From assembly GCA_963977675.1 (NCBI GenBank), contig CAXBPY010000008.1:1399-65398 (forward strand): 64,000 bases of DNA, in the 5' to 3' direction. A model generated the notes under the pieces. The model worked only from the letters and a program-made list of their open reading frames with translations. It was not told the origin of the DNA and did not search any database. The stretch comes from an uncultured bacterium. Its GTDB lineage: Bacteria > Bacteroidota > Bacteroidia > Chitinophagales > UBA10324. Of the stretch, positions 47,692 to 57,860 are shown piece by piece (positions within the stretch are counted from its first letter, which is position 1; each line of letters begins with the position of its first letter). The translations under genes were made by a program, and so were the position numbers.

Positions 47692-49455
47692 ATGGAAAAT
47701 TTCATTGTTTCTGCCAGAAAATATAGACCAGCAAGATTTGAAGATGTAATTGGTCAACCTCAAGTGACACAAACTTTAAAGAATGCCATCCGGAATAATC
47801 AGTTAGCGCAGGCATTTTTATTCTGTGGCCCTCGCGGCGTGGGCAAAACCACCTGCGCCAGAATTTTGGCAAAGGTCATTAACTGTGAAAACATAACAGC
47901 CGATATAGAAGCGTGCGATGCGTGTGAATCATGCAAATCATTTAATCATAATGCCTCATTTAATGTTCATGAATTAGACGCGGCATCGAATAATAGCGTA
48001 GAAGATATACGCTCGCTTATCGATCAGATTAGGTTTGCACCACAAACCGGCCGAAAAAAAATATACATAATAGACGAGGTGCATATGTTGAGTAATGCAG
48101 CGTTCAATGCATTTCTTAAAACACTGGAGGAGCCGCCGCCTTATGCAATTTTTATTCTGGCAACCACTGAAAAACATAAAGTAATACCCACTATTCTTTC
48201 GCGTTGCCAGATTTTTGATTTCAATAGAATAAAAACTGAAGATACTGCAAATTATCTTTTCAATATTGCCCGTAAAGAAAATATCAAGGCCGAAAAAGAT
48301 GCACTTCACATTATCGCGCAGAAAGCCGACGGTGCATTGCGCGATGCACTCAGCATATTTGATCGTATCAGTATTTTCACTTCTGGAAATCTTACTTATC
48401 AGGCAGCGTTAAGCAATCTTAATATTCTTGATTACGATTATTTCTTCCGGTTCATTGATTATTTTCTTCAGGAAAATATTTCAGACACACTCTTGACTTA
48501 TGATGAAATTCTGAATAACGGTTTTGAGGGTGAAAATTTTCTGAGTGGCCTCGGCTCACATCTCAGAAGTTTGCTGGTGAGTAAGGATAAAATAACCCTT
48601 CAGCTTCTCGAAACTTCTGAAAATTTAAGAAACCGTTATGGAGAGCAAGCATCCTTTACCACTGTATCATTTCTTTTGAATGCTTTGAGCATTGTTAATG
48701 AATCGGAAATTCAATATCGCACAAGCAGAAATAAGCGATTATGTGTTGAGCTGGCATTAATGAAATTGTGCTTCCTCAGTAAAAGAATAAAACCCGTTAC
48801 TGAATCTGCAGCTCAGACCGATTCAAAAAAAAAAGATAATGCATTAAGCAACTCGCCCGTTCCAGTTGTGAACGATAACGCTAAAAAATACGGATCGGAG
48901 AAACCTATCTCAAAGCAAAGCCCGGAAAATCTTTCTAAGCAAAATTTGAATATGCCGGTTGGCGCTGCTTCATCATCTTCATTCAAGATGCCATCGCTAA
49001 GTGATCTAAAAAATAAGATTGAATCAGAAAGAAAAACTGAAACAGATAATATTCACACAGAAAAAACCGAGGGAGAAGTACTGGATGAAACCAAATTGCA
49101 GTTTGCACTGAGTAATTATTTGCAAAAACTTCAGGCAGAAAAAAAATTCCCTGTTCTTGAAATCCTAAAAATGTATCCGCCGGTTCTTCAGAACAACAGG
49201 ACTGTTATAATCACAGTGGGTACACAAAGCCACTCCCAATTATTGAATGATGAACGAGATAACATGATCGCATTCCTCAAAAATAAATTGGAGAAAAAAA
49301 ATATTGACCTGACTATAAATGTTGATTCAGAAAAAGCCAAAATTGAAAATAAGAAACGACCATATACGCCAACAGAAAAATTCGAATTCATGGCAAATAA
49401 AAATCCTATTCTGCGTGAATTGCGCGATGAATTAAAACTTGAAACTGATTTTTAA
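47692..49455 (+). CDS. dnaX: DNA polymerase III subunit gamma/tau
   Basis: SARKYRP, GPRGVGKT, ELDAASN, IDEVHML, SRC; TATATTTG box upstream of ATG 47692. Confidence 0.97.
   Translation: MENFIVSARKYRPARFEDVIGQPQVTQTLKNAIRNNQLAQAFLFCGPRGVGKTTCARILAKVINCENITADIEACDACESCKSFNHNASFNVHELDAASNNSVEDIRSLIDQIRFAPQTGRKKIYIIDEVHMLSNAAFNAFLKTLEEPPPYAIFILATTEKHKVIPTILSRCQIFDFNRIKTEDTANYLFNIARKENIKAEKDALHIIAQKADGALRDALSIFDRISIFTSGNLTYQAALSNLNILDYDYFFRFIDYFLQENISDTLLTYDEILNNGFEGENFLSGLGSHLRSLLVSKDKITLQLLETSENLRNRYGEQASFTTVSFLLNALSIVNESEIQYRTSRNKRLCVELALMKLCFLSKRIKPVTESAAQTDSKKKDNALSNSPVPVVNDNAKKYGSEKPISKQSPENLSKQNLNMPVGAASSSSFKMPSLSDLKNKIESERKTETDNIHTEKTEGEVLDETKLQFALSNYLQKLQAEKKFPVLEILKMYPPVLQNNRTVIITVGTQSHSQLLNDERDNMIAFLKNKLEKKNIDLTINVDSEKAKIENKKRPYTPTEKFEFMANKNPILRELRDELKLETDF
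48825..48834 (+). other. A10 slippage/frameshift site in dnaX
   Basis: TCA AAA AAA AAA GAT AAT GCA TTA A: both shifted frames stop within 1-3 codons, at the end of the clamp-loader core. Confidence 0.7.
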
Positions 49456-49545
49456 TATTTTTTATTTATCTGAGTTTTAATTGCAACCAATAAGAATCAA
49501 TAGCACTCTACATTCATTATTCATAAAACAAATACACAATCAAAA

Positions 49546-49971
49546 ATGAAAAGGAAAATTTTTTCAATCGCTGTTTCTGCTTTCGTGCTTGCTTTAATCA
49601 TTTCATCATGCACTTCACCTAATAAGGTTTTGGTTAAGAAGGATGGTAACTGGACTGCTATCACTACTACCAAAACAACCGCAGGTGGTGTGTCCGTTAC
49701 TACAGTTGATACAAGCACAATGAATTTTAAAGACGATGGAACCGGAACGATTGCTTCTGGCGGGCTTACCTTAAATTTCAATTGGACTTGGGATAAGAAG
49801 GATAAGAAAATAGAATTCACAATCACAATTGCAGGTGTTCCATACATAAAGGATTACACGGTGACAGAGAAAAAAGCAAAATCAGAAAAATGGTCTTATA
49901 GTAAAACCGAAACTACCAGCGGTGTAACTACAGTTACTGACGAGCAGGTTAGTTTAACAAGAATGGACTGA
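49546..49971 (+). CDS. Lipoprotein, possibly lipocalin-like
   Basis: Lipobox ISSC, 'GNW', 'FKDDGTG', C-terminal LTR. Confidence 0.7.
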   Translation: MKRKIFSIAVSAFVLALIISSCTSPNKVLVKKDGNWTAITTTKTTAGGVSVTTVDTSTMNFKDDGTGTIASGGLTLNFNWTWDKKDKKIEFTITIAGVPYIKDYTVTEKKAKSEKWSYSKTETTSGVTTVTDEQVSLTRMD

Positions 49972-49988
49972 TAAGTCTTAGTCTATTT

Positions 49989-50023
49989 AAAGCCATTCAT
50001 TAAAAAAAATGAATGGCTTTTTT
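49989..50023. terminator. Bidirectional terminator between convergent genes
   Basis: AAAGCCATTCATT-aaaaaa-AATGAATGGCTTTTTT. Confidence 0.8.
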
Positions 50024-50477
50024 ATTTCCCGTCGATTGCTGGAAGTTCTTGAAGAAAAATATATTCTTCTGTTTCGAAATTGATCTTGCATATCAGTGTC
50101 TCGTTTCCATTTGATACAACTATAAATGGCGCTTTTAATTTTAAGTTATATCTCGAAACCTGATCGAGCACAGCTTGTGTAACTTTTATTGCCGGAGCTT
50201 TACACTCAATCAGTAAAAATGGTTTTGCGTTTTTATCAAAAACGATCAAATCGGTTCGCTTGTTCAATTCAAAAACTTTTAGACCGGTTTCAATCGAAAT
50301 CAATCCTTTGGGATAGTGTTTATCAAAAACAAGATGGTGAAGAATATTTTGCCTCACAAATTCTTCCGGTGTAAGGGCAACAAATTTTTTTCGGATAATG
50401 TCAAAAATTTTTTCCTCTTCTTTTTCTTTTCTGAACCGGAAATCATAATTCCTGAATTGAATCTGCAAACTTTTCAT
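50022..50477 (-). CDS. Stand-alone HsdR N-terminal-domain (PD-(D/E)xK) protein
   Basis: 'IRKKFVALTPEEFVRQ', 'RTDLIV...IECKAP', 'QVSRYN', 'SNG'. Confidence 0.85.
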   Translation of the reverse strand: MKSLQIQFRNYDFRFRKEKEEEKIFDIIRKKFVALTPEEFVRQNILHHLVFDKHYPKGLISIETGLKVFELNKRTDLIVFDKNAKPFLLIECKAPAIKVTQAVLDQVSRYNLKLKAPFIVVSNGNETLICKINFETEEYIFLQELPAIDGK

Positions 50478-50503
50478 TGAGATAGATTCTTTTCAATCCA
50501 CAA

Positions 50504-51184
50504 CTAATCTTTCAAAAGATCAGGGCGCCTTTGTTTAGTTCTTTCCACAGCTTTCTCATGACGCCAATCATTTATTTTTTTTTCATGACCCGAAAGAAGA
50601 ATGCCGGGCACCTGCCAGCCATTATAAACTTCGGGCCTTGTATAAACCGGAGGAGATAAAAGATTATCCTGAAATGAATCAGTAAGTGCAGATGTTTCAT
50701 CATTCAATACTCCGGGAACCAAGCGCACAATGGAATCAACTAAAACAGCCGCCGGCAATTCGCCACCACTTAAGACATAATCACCAATAGAAATTTCCCG
50801 CGTTATGAAATGTTCGCGCACCCGTTCATCTACGCCCTTGTAGTGTCCACACAGGACAGCAATATTTTTTTTAAGCGAAAGTTGATTGCAATGTTTTTGT
50901 TCAAGTTTTTCTCCATCAGGTGTCATGAAAATAATTTCATCCAATTGTCTTTGTTCCTGAATTTTTTGCAGGCAGCGGTGAATTGGTTCGATCATCATTA
51001 CCATTCCTGCACTTCCTCCATACATGTAGTCATCTGTTTTCTGGTGCTTGTCAGTTGTAAAATCTCTGATGTTGTGGATTTCAATCTTCACTAATTTTTT
51101 TTTCTGTGCACGGCTCAGGATTGAATGACTGAACGGACTTTCAAGCAATTCCGGTAAAACGGTTAAAACATCAATGTGAAGCAT
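50504..51184 (-). CDS. trmD: tRNA (guanine37-N1)-methyltransferase
   Basis: [42 protein letters not shown]. Confidence 0.97.
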   Translation of the reverse strand: MLHIDVLTVLPELLESPFSHSILSRAQKKKLVKIEIHNIRDFTTDKHQKTDDYMYGGSAGMVMMIEPIHRCLQKIQEQRQLDEIIFMTPDGEKLEQKHCNQLSLKKNIAVLCGHYKGVDERVREHFITREISIGDYVLSGGELPAAVLVDSIVRLVPGVLNDETSALTDSFQDNLLSPPVYTRPEVYNGWQVPGILLSGHEKKINDWRHEKAVERTKQRRPDLLKD

Positions 51185-51245
51185 CGTGCAAAAGAAACTT
51201 TTTCCTGAAAATAATTCCGGAGAATCAGTGACTTAATTTGTCAGC

Positions 51246-51557
51246 TTGTCAAGAACAGAGATTTTAAAAAAACTAATTGAAGAGAATCCATCGGATGAAT
51301 TCAGCCGATATGCACTGGCCCTGGAAATGACGAAAGAAAAAAATTATGAAGAGGCAGAAAAAAATTTTCGATATCTGACTGAACACTCTCCGGAATATGC
51401 GGCAAGCTATTATCAGTTTGGAAAATTGCTGGAAGAATTGAATCGCACCGATGAGGCAATTGATGTGTACAAAGCAGGCATGGAGATTGTCAAATACAAG
51501 AATCAAAAAACATTTAGTGAACTTCAAAGCGCTTTAAATAACCTTTCATTTGACTAA
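51246..51557 (+). CDS. Small TPR protein
   Basis: 'NPSDEFSRYALALE...PEYAASYYQFGKLLE...EAIDVYKAG'. Confidence 0.8.
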   Translation: MSRTEILKKLIEENPSDEFSRYALALEMTKEKNYEEAEKNFRYLTEHSPEYAASYYQFGKLLEELNRTDEAIDVYKAGMEIVKYKNQKTFSELQSALNNLSFD

Positions 51558-51643
51558 AAGAGACACACACATTTTTCTCTAACACATCAACCGATTTGCA
51601 ATTCACAATACTTTGCTTTCTTTGAAAACAATTAATTCTAATT

Positions 51644-52360
51644 ATGAATAAAAAAATTCTTTCAACTTTTTTCCTCTCATTGATCAGTTCTGTTGTACTT
51701 GCGCAGAAACCTTATTTCAGTAATGGCGGTGATTTAATTTTTTCTTATGCTATGGTAACGGATAAAGCAGGTAATGACATCAGCAGCAATCTTCGCTTCT
51801 CTGAGTGGTATAATGCTGATCAAACAATGAATATTGATTTCAGTAAATCGCTCGGAATGTCATTGGGAATTTCAGCCCACAATGTTGGAATGATTACCCG
51901 GCCGAATGATTCCGTTCGGTTAAAGCAACGGGCTTATGCTCTTGGAATTCCGCTTTCATTCAAACTTGGTGACCTTGAAAACAGAATTTTCTTTTCTGTT
52001 GGAGCTGAAACAGAATTAATGTTGGATTACAAGGAAAAAGTTTTTCTTGATGGGAAGAAAACACAAAAACATCATGAATGGCTCTCAGATAATACTGAAC
52101 TTTTTAATCCGTCAGTTTTTATTCGCTTTCAGCGAAAGAGTATTTATTTTCAGGCGAAGTATTACCTATATGATTTTTTCAAACCGAGCGATGTGATTTG
52201 GATAAACCGCACTTCGTATATTCCTCCTTTCCCGCAAACAGCACAAATGTTTTATCTCTCTGTAGGTTATTCTTCAAAAGCAAAATCAAAAGGAAAAAAA
52301 ATAAGTGAACCGAAAAAAGTAAACCTCACACAATCTGATAAAATCATGATTGTTGAGTAA
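51644..52360 (+). CDS. Putative outer-membrane beta-barrel protein
   Basis: Signal peptide; beta strands 'YALGIPLSFKLG' and 'FYLSVGY'. Confidence 0.6.
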   Translation: MNKKILSTFFLSLISSVVLAQKPYFSNGGDLIFSYAMVTDKAGNDISSNLRFSEWYNADQTMNIDFSKSLGMSLGISAHNVGMITRPNDSVRLKQRAYALGIPLSFKLGDLENRIFFSVGAETELMLDYKEKVFLDGKKTQKHHEWLSDNTELFNPSVFIRFQRKSIYFQAKYYLYDFFKPSDVIWINRTSYIPPFPQTAQMFYLSVGYSSKAKSKGKKISEPKKVNLTQSDKIMIVE

Positions 52361-52454
52361 TAAAATTTTCTTTTAATTCAGATTTCTAAATTCCGTTTCA
52401 TTTGAAGCGGAATTTTTTTTGTATAGACCAATGAACCATTGAACTAATGAACAA

Positions 52455-53333
52455 ATGCTTTCTTTGATTCTCTGCATTCTCTTTACTGCCTCGCTTGGAC
52501 TTTTTTTTAAATGGTTCGAAAAATTTGGAATTAATAATTTTCAGGCAATCGTATTTAATTATGTATCGTGTGTTCTTACAGGATGCATTGTTCAGCAATC
52601 ATTTCCGGATTACCTAGCTTATAGTTCTGCTGGCTGGTTCCCATTCGCTATCACATTAGGTTGCAGTTTTCTGTTTTTCTTTAATGTAATGGGAAGAATT
52701 GTAATGCAAAGCGGAGTCACAGTTATGAGTGTTGCCAACAAACTTTCTTTGGTGATTCCGGTAGTTGTTGCTTTCATTTTGTATCATGAAAGTGTTACGG
52801 CACTAAAACTCGCCGGAATTTTTCTAGCACTCATTTCAGTCATTTTTGTTTCATTGAAAAAGGAAGTAAAACATAATTCATCTCAAAAAAATATTAATGC
52901 ATCAATGCTTGCCCTTCCTCTCTTGCTTTTTTTCGGAAGCGGCGCCAATGATTCGCTGGTGAAGTATGCACAGATAAATTTTATGAGCGACACAGACAAT
53001 GCGCCATTCAATATCACAATTTTTTCTGCATCGGCATCAGCCGGCATTGCCATTCTTTTATCGCAGATTATTTTTTTTGGAAAAAAAATCAGCTGGAAAA
53101 GTGCAGCGGGCGGTATCATTTTGGGTATACCAAATTATTTCACTATGCATTTTCTTGTAAAAGCACTTGCTAATTCCGGATTGGAAAGCTCGGTAGTTTT
53201 TCCCATTAACAATATTGGTATTGTGGCCGCCTCTGCTCTTTTTGCTTATTTACTGTTCAGGGAAAAACTTTCACTCCTCAATCTTATTGGATTGGGGCTT
53301 GCGTTTGCTGCTATTGTTTTGATTGCAGTTTAG
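52455..53333 (+). CDS. EamA/DMT family transporter
   Basis: About ten TM helices; 'QAIVFNY', 'KLSLVIP', 'LGIPNYF', 'LFREKL'. Confidence 0.85.
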   Translation: MLSLILCILFTASLGLFFKWFEKFGINNFQAIVFNYVSCVLTGCIVQQSFPDYLAYSSAGWFPFAITLGCSFLFFFNVMGRIVMQSGVTVMSVANKLSLVIPVVVAFILYHESVTALKLAGIFLALISVIFVSLKKEVKHNSSQKNINASMLALPLLLFFGSGANDSLVKYAQINFMSDTDNAPFNITIFSASASAGIAILLSQIIFFGKKISWKSAAGGIILGIPNYFTMHFLVKALANSGLESSVVFPINNIGIVAASALFAYLLFREKLSLLNLIGLGLAFAAIVLIAV

Positions 53334-53404
53334 CATTCATTTCATTTTCAAATCATGTACACGCTCATACATTTGCGCGCCTTCAGATAAAAGAAAACTT
53401 TTGC

Positions 53405-53453
53405 GATTTGAAATCTGAAGTTTGAAATCAAAAATCTAAATTCAAAAATCTTA
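53405..53453. repeat. Inverted heptamer array in the ettA leader
   Basis: GATTTGA AATCTGA AGTTTGA / AATCAAA AATCTAA ATTCAAA AATCTTA, between a TACATTTG box (53368) and the ATG. Confidence 0.6.
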
Positions 53454-53463
53454 AATAAAGATA

Positions 53464-55137
53464 ATGGCTGATCAAACAATAATTTTTTCCATGCTTGGTG
53501 TCGGGAAAGTTTATCCAGGCGGAAAACAAACTCTCAAAGATATTTATCTCTCATTTTTCTATGGAGCAAAAATCGGAATCATCGGATTAAATGGTTCTGG
53601 AAAATCGACACTACTGAAACTGATCGCAGGTTTAGATAAAGAATATCTTGGTAAGATTGAATTCTCGAAAGAATATTCAGTGGGGCATCTTGCACAAGAA
53701 CCAGAACTGGACAACTCAAAAACAGTAAAAGAAATTGTTCAGGAAGGAGTGAAGCCCGTGATGGATTTGCTTCGTGAGTTTGAAGAAGTGAGCAACAAAT
53801 TCAGCGAACCCATGAGCGATGCTGAGATGGACAAGTTGCTGACTCGGCAAGGAAATTTACAGGAGAAAATAGAAGCGGTAAATGGCTGGGAAATTGATTC
53901 GATGCTGGAACGCGCTATGGATGCGCTGCAGTGCCCCGAAGGCGATACACCGGTGAAAGTTTTGAGCGGTGGTGAAAGAAGAAGAGTTGCTTTGTGCCGG
54001 CTGCTTTTACAAGCCCCGGATATTTTGTTGTTGGATGAGCCAACCAATCACCTCGATGCTGAATCAGTGTTGTGGTTAGAAAAGCATTTAAGTGATTACA
54101 AGGGCACAGTGATTTGCATTACCCACGATCGGTATTTCTTAGACAATGTAGCAGGATGGATTCTTGAACTCGACAGAGGCGAAGGAATTCCATGGAAAGG
54201 AAATTACACTTCATGGCTCGAACAGAAATCTGCACGGCTCGAACAGGAAGAAAAAACAGAAAGCAAGCGCAGAAAAAATCTTGAGCGTGAATTGGAGTGG
54301 GTGCGCATGGGAGCGAAGGGACGACAAGCAAAATCAAAAGCGCGACTTCAGAATTACGAGAAGATGGCTGGTGAAGAAGTGCGTGAGAAGGAGGCAAAGC
54401 TGGAACTTTTCATTCCACCCGGCCCCCGACTTGGTGCAAATGTGATTGAGTTTGAAAATGTGTCGAAAAGTTTTGGTGATAAATTGTTGTATGAAAATCT
54501 TTCGTTCAAACTTCCGCAGAATGGAATTGTTGGAATCATTGGACCAAATGGCGCCGGTAAAACCACTTTGTTCCGAATGATTCTCGGCGAACAAAAACCC
54601 GATAGCGGAGCAATTAGAATCGGAGAGACGGTAAAAATTTCTTATGTAGATCAGCAACACGCAGAAATTGATCCTGAGAAAACCGTATATCAGCAAGTAA
54701 GCGGTGGGACAGAATATATTGAGTTTGGTAAAATGAAAATTGTGAGTCGCGCATATGTGGGCAAGTTCAACTTTAACGGGCAGGACCAGGAGAAAAAAAT
54801 AAAAGTACTATCTGGTGGAGAAAGGAATCGTTTGCACCTGGCGCTTACATTAAGACAAGAAGCAAATGTTCTTCTGCTTGATGAGCCAAACAATGATCTG
54901 GATGTAAACACGATGCGCGCACTTGAAGAAGCGCTCGAAGATTTTGCAGGTTGTGCAGTCATCATTTCACACGACCGTTGGTTTCTTGACAGAGTTGCAA
55001 CTCACATTCTCGCATTCGAAGGCGATGCAAATGTTGTATTCTTTGAAGGAGGCTTTTCTGATTATGAAGAAAATCGAAAGAAGAGAATGGGAGAAACCGT
55101 GAAGCGATTCAGATACAAGAAACTTGTCGCGAATTAA
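53464..55137 (+). CDS. ettA: Energy-dependent translational throttle ABC-F protein EttA
   Basis: Two ABC domains; 'LSFFYGAKIG', linker 'ELEWVR...KGRQAKSKARL', C-terminal RYKKL. Confidence 0.95.
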   Translation: MADQTIIFSMLGVGKVYPGGKQTLKDIYLSFFYGAKIGIIGLNGSGKSTLLKLIAGLDKEYLGKIEFSKEYSVGHLAQEPELDNSKTVKEIVQEGVKPVMDLLREFEEVSNKFSEPMSDAEMDKLLTRQGNLQEKIEAVNGWEIDSMLERAMDALQCPEGDTPVKVLSGGERRRVALCRLLLQAPDILLLDEPTNHLDAESVLWLEKHLSDYKGTVICITHDRYFLDNVAGWILELDRGEGIPWKGNYTSWLEQKSARLEQEEKTESKRRKNLERELEWVRMGAKGRQAKSKARLQNYEKMAGEEVREKEAKLELFIPPGPRLGANVIEFENVSKSFGDKLLYENLSFKLPQNGIVGIIGPNGAGKTTLFRMILGEQKPDSGAIRIGETVKISYVDQQHAEIDPEKTVYQQVSGGTEYIEFGKMKIVSRAYVGKFNFNGQDQEKKIKVLSGGERNRLHLALTLRQEANVLLLDEPNNDLDVNTMRALEEALEDFAGCAVIISHDRWFLDRVATHILAFEGDANVVFFEGGFSDYEENRKKRMGETVKRFRYKKLVAN

Positions 55138-55167
55138 TTCATTAGCGATTCACGAAGAAGAATCATT

Positions 55168-55422
55168 TCAAACTTTTTTCTGAATAATAATTCGAAGCGC
55201 TTTACTGAGAAAACTCATTCCAATAATTGCGAAGAGGAATAAAAAGTTTTTTTCATGCTCTAAAATTGTGTAGCAAATTCCATAACCAGTTCCGATTCCA
55301 AATAGCAAAAAGAGAATCGGTGCCCATTGAATTTTTTTTTCAGCCCAAAATGGAAGCATGAAAAATATCCAGGCAATAAACATTGGAATGAAAATCATGT
55401 ATTCAACTAGCCCTTGTGTCAT
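55168..55422 (-). CDS. Small hypothetical membrane protein
   Basis: 84 aa, three hydrophobic segments, 6 nt downstream of the DUF5777 gene. Confidence 0.55.
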   Translation of the reverse strand: MTQGLVEYMIFIPMFIAWIFFMLPFWAEKKIQWAPILFLLFGIGTGYGICYTILEHEKNFLFLFAIIGMSFLSKALRIIIQKKV

Positions 55423-55428
55423 TTCAGA

Positions 55429-56349
55429 TTAAAAGTTTTGCGGGTTCGTCAATTTCGGTTTTTGATGATTCTGCTTATCATAAATCGTAAATACGCGGGA
55501 GAGATTAAACCCGAAACCAAGATTTCCTTTCGACCACTTGCCGGTGGTTTCAGTTATCAGCGCCCGCTCACTCATGGCTGACGCATTAGTAATGTGTAAT
55601 TGAAAGACATGGCCGCCGGTTTCAATATCAACTCCAAGTGAAAGTGGCATTGTTGCAGTTTCAGGAAGTTGATTTGGAAAAATGTAGAAGTAGTCAGCAT
55701 TTACTGAAAATCTTTTTGTCAATTTAATTCTACCCCCGATTTCGCAGGAGTAAATATCATTTGGTTCATCCGCATGCTCCACAAAGTTCCGGTGAACAAC
55801 CACCGGGCCGCCCTGGATTGATAACCGATCGCTGAATTTTCTGCCAACAATTAGTTGATGATAATAGGCAATGCGAGAGGAGAAGTAATTTTTTCGATCC
55901 GGGAATTCCCAGGGAGTTCCGTACACAGTTATGCCTGAAACAAGTTCTATAGTAAATGGCATCCGATACTTCCCCTTCGTCTGCCAGAACAATCTGTATT
56001 TTGCGAATGCATCAGCTTCTTCTTTAAAAGTACTGCGGCCAATGCCAATCATAAGCCGCTTACTTATTCCGTAATCTAAACCGATTCTCATGCTTGCTTT
56101 ATCAAACCCGAAGGCACCAGGTAAACCCATGCTAAACATTCCGAAGCGATGTAAAATTCTGAAATCAAGCGCTCCCGCGCCTACATGCTCAATTGAGTGG
56201 CTCATGATTACGCGTGTAGACTTAAATGCATTCGTTACATGCTCGCGTTCGATTGGAATATCTGCATCTAACATATTCAGCAATGAATCCTGTGCCGATG
56301 AATAAAATGATATGAAAAATAAAATGAAAGAGAGACAACCGGTTTTCAA
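55429..56349 (-). CDS. DUF5777-family beta-barrel protein
   Basis: 'AFKSTRVI..HSIE', 'FRILHRFG', 'DIETGGHVFQLHITN', 'GFNLSRVF'. Confidence 0.8.
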   Translation of the reverse strand: MKTGCLSFILFFISFYSSAQDSLLNMLDADIPIEREHVTNAFKSTRVIMSHSIEHVGAGALDFRILHRFGMFSMGLPGAFGFDKASMRIGLDYGISKRLMIGIGRSTFKEEADAFAKYRLFWQTKGKYRMPFTIELVSGITVYGTPWEFPDRKNYFSSRIAYYHQLIVGRKFSDRLSIQGGPVVVHRNFVEHADEPNDIYSCEIGGRIKLTKRFSVNADYFYIFPNQLPETATMPLSLGVDIETGGHVFQLHITNASAMSERALITETTGKWSKGNLGFGFNLSRVFTIYDKQNHQKPKLTNPQNF

Positions 56350-56398
56350 ATAAGGCAGATTTATTCATCAAATGTAAAATCATTACAATCAATGGAAA

Positions 56399-56434
56399 TA
56401 AAAAAAGTGCGAAAGGATATTCCGCACTTTTATT
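56399..56434 (-). terminator. Terminator between yceI and the DUF5777 gene
   Basis: AAAAGTGCG...CGCACTTTT stem with an A run on the left; a TACATTTG box follows at 56369-56376. Confidence 0.65.
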
Positions 56435-56454
56435 TGTTTATGCTCAGATAGCAT

Positions 56455-57033
56455 TTACTTAAATGGTTTGTAAGTAGCCGCCACTTCAATTTTTACAGAG
56501 TTACTGACTTTATCTTTTACTACAGATGGAATAGAAATTCCATAGTCTGAAATCAAAATATTGAATGTGGATGTTGACGAAACTTCTCCCTTGCTAACTA
56601 AAATTTTTCCCTTCGCGGTTAAATCTTTTGTTACCCCATGAAGTGTCATTTTACCCGCAATAGTAACCGGATATTCTCCATCGACTGTCCACTTCACCGT
56701 TTCTTTGTTTGTAATGGTTCCCTTAAAAATCGCTTTTGGATATTTATCACTCTCCATGTAATTCTCGTTAAAATGTTCCTGCATGAGTGCTTTTTGAAAT
56801 TCAAAACCTTTAACCAGAACTGTAAATTCAATAGCGCCGGAGCTGTCGTTAATCAAACTATTAACTTGATTATTGACCCCTGAAATTTTTTCGAGTGGCG
56901 CATCAGAATAAAAAGTAATCACTCCGTCTCGAGTGAAATACTTGGTTGCAGTTTTTTGAAAAGTAAAGGACATCAGGAGTCCTAATAAAGAGAAAATTGA
57001 GATTGATTTTATCATTGGGTTATTCATTTTCAT
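56455..57033 (-). CDS. YceI-family lipid/polyisoprenoid-binding protein
   Basis: Signal peptide; 'ALMQEHFNENYMESDKYPKAIF', 'GKMTLHGVTK', 'DYGISIP'. Confidence 0.88.
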   Translation of the reverse strand: MKMNNPMIKSISIFSLLGLLMSFTFQKTATKYFTRDGVITFYSDAPLEKISGVNNQVNSLINDSSGAIEFTVLVKGFEFQKALMQEHFNENYMESDKYPKAIFKGTITNKETVKWTVDGEYPVTIAGKMTLHGVTKDLTAKGKILVSKGEVSSTSTFNILISDYGISIPSVVKDKVSNSVKIEVAATYKPFK

Positions 57034-57463
57034 TTTTTTGAGAAACAATTGAGCAGCGGGTTAGCTTTATGTCCATATCCATGCCAACACATATTCCGCG
57101 AATGGTTAGGGTGCTGTGTTTTTCAGGAATTACAAAATTTTCTCCTGTTCGCTGCAAGCCACAACTCACTCCAAACATTCCGTTACCACCATCCAATATA
57201 ATAAGTAAGCTTGAGGTGTCTTTTTTTGAAACATCACTTACAACCCCTGTAACCTCTATAACTTTATTTATATATTTCAAATTAGCTGAATCTTCATTCT
57301 CCGAATAATAATTATAAAAATCAACTGCAGAAATGGTGTAGTCGGCTTTCAGGTCGGCAGTTCTTTCGTTCGGCTTGAAATATTCATATAACCCAAAAAC
57401 AACTGCGCCTGCGACTAATATGATTACAACAAAAAGTATCCGAAACATTTTTTTTCTTCTCAC
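57020..57463 (-). CDS. Membrane-anchored OB-fold protein (tRNA_anti-like family)
   Basis: N-terminal TM helix; 'NEDSANLKYINKVIEVTGVV', 'GVSC', 'IRGICVG'. Confidence 0.75.
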   Translation of the reverse strand: MRRKKMFRILFVVIILVAGAVVFGLYEYFKPNERTADLKADYTISAVDFYNYYSENEDSANLKYINKVIEVTGVVSDVSKKDTSSLLIILDGGNGMFGVSCGLQRTGENFVIPEKHSTLTIRGICVGMDMDIKLTRCSIVSQKNENE

Positions 57464-57472
57464 AAAACGCGT

Positions 57473-57859
57473 TTAGTTATTGAGCACTCCATTCCTCACC
57501 CAGGCTTCAACAGATTCTATGCTGCATTCATCCAACATAGGTTGTCCATCGGGCATTGGCCTGAATCCGGCATAATGCCTGATACTTCCTACCAGTAAGC
57601 CATTATTCGCATACACTGCAACATTATTATACCCTTCAAGGTTCACGCTACCAAGAAATGAAACATGATTGTGACAAGAAATACAATTATCCTGAATTAT
57701 GGGAAGTATGTCCGCTGAAAAAGTGATAGATGAAGTATCGCAATCATTTGGACCTTTAGGATAAATAGTATCACCGTTGTCATAATAGCAGGAAGCCAAA
57801 GAGAAATAAATTCCTGCTGTTAAAGAGAGAATGAATAATTTAATTATCCGGGGCACCAT
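57473..57859 (-). CDS. Mono-heme cytochrome c lipoprotein
   Basis: Lipobox LASC-YYD, heme motif CISCH, distal 'PMP', C-terminal WVRNGVLNN. Confidence 0.8.
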   Translation of the reverse strand: MVPRIIKLFILSLTAGIYFSLASCYYDNGDTIYPKGPNDCDTSSITFSADILPIIQDNCISCHNHVSFLGSVNLEGYNNVAVYANNGLLVGSIRHYAGFRPMPDGQPMLDECSIESVEAWVRNGVLNN

Positions 57860-57860
57860 C

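Noticed and set aside
50022-50477. Type I restriction-modification or defence locus
   Set aside because: Only the small HsdR N-terminal domain is present, with no helicase, hsdM or hsdS, in a housekeeping context
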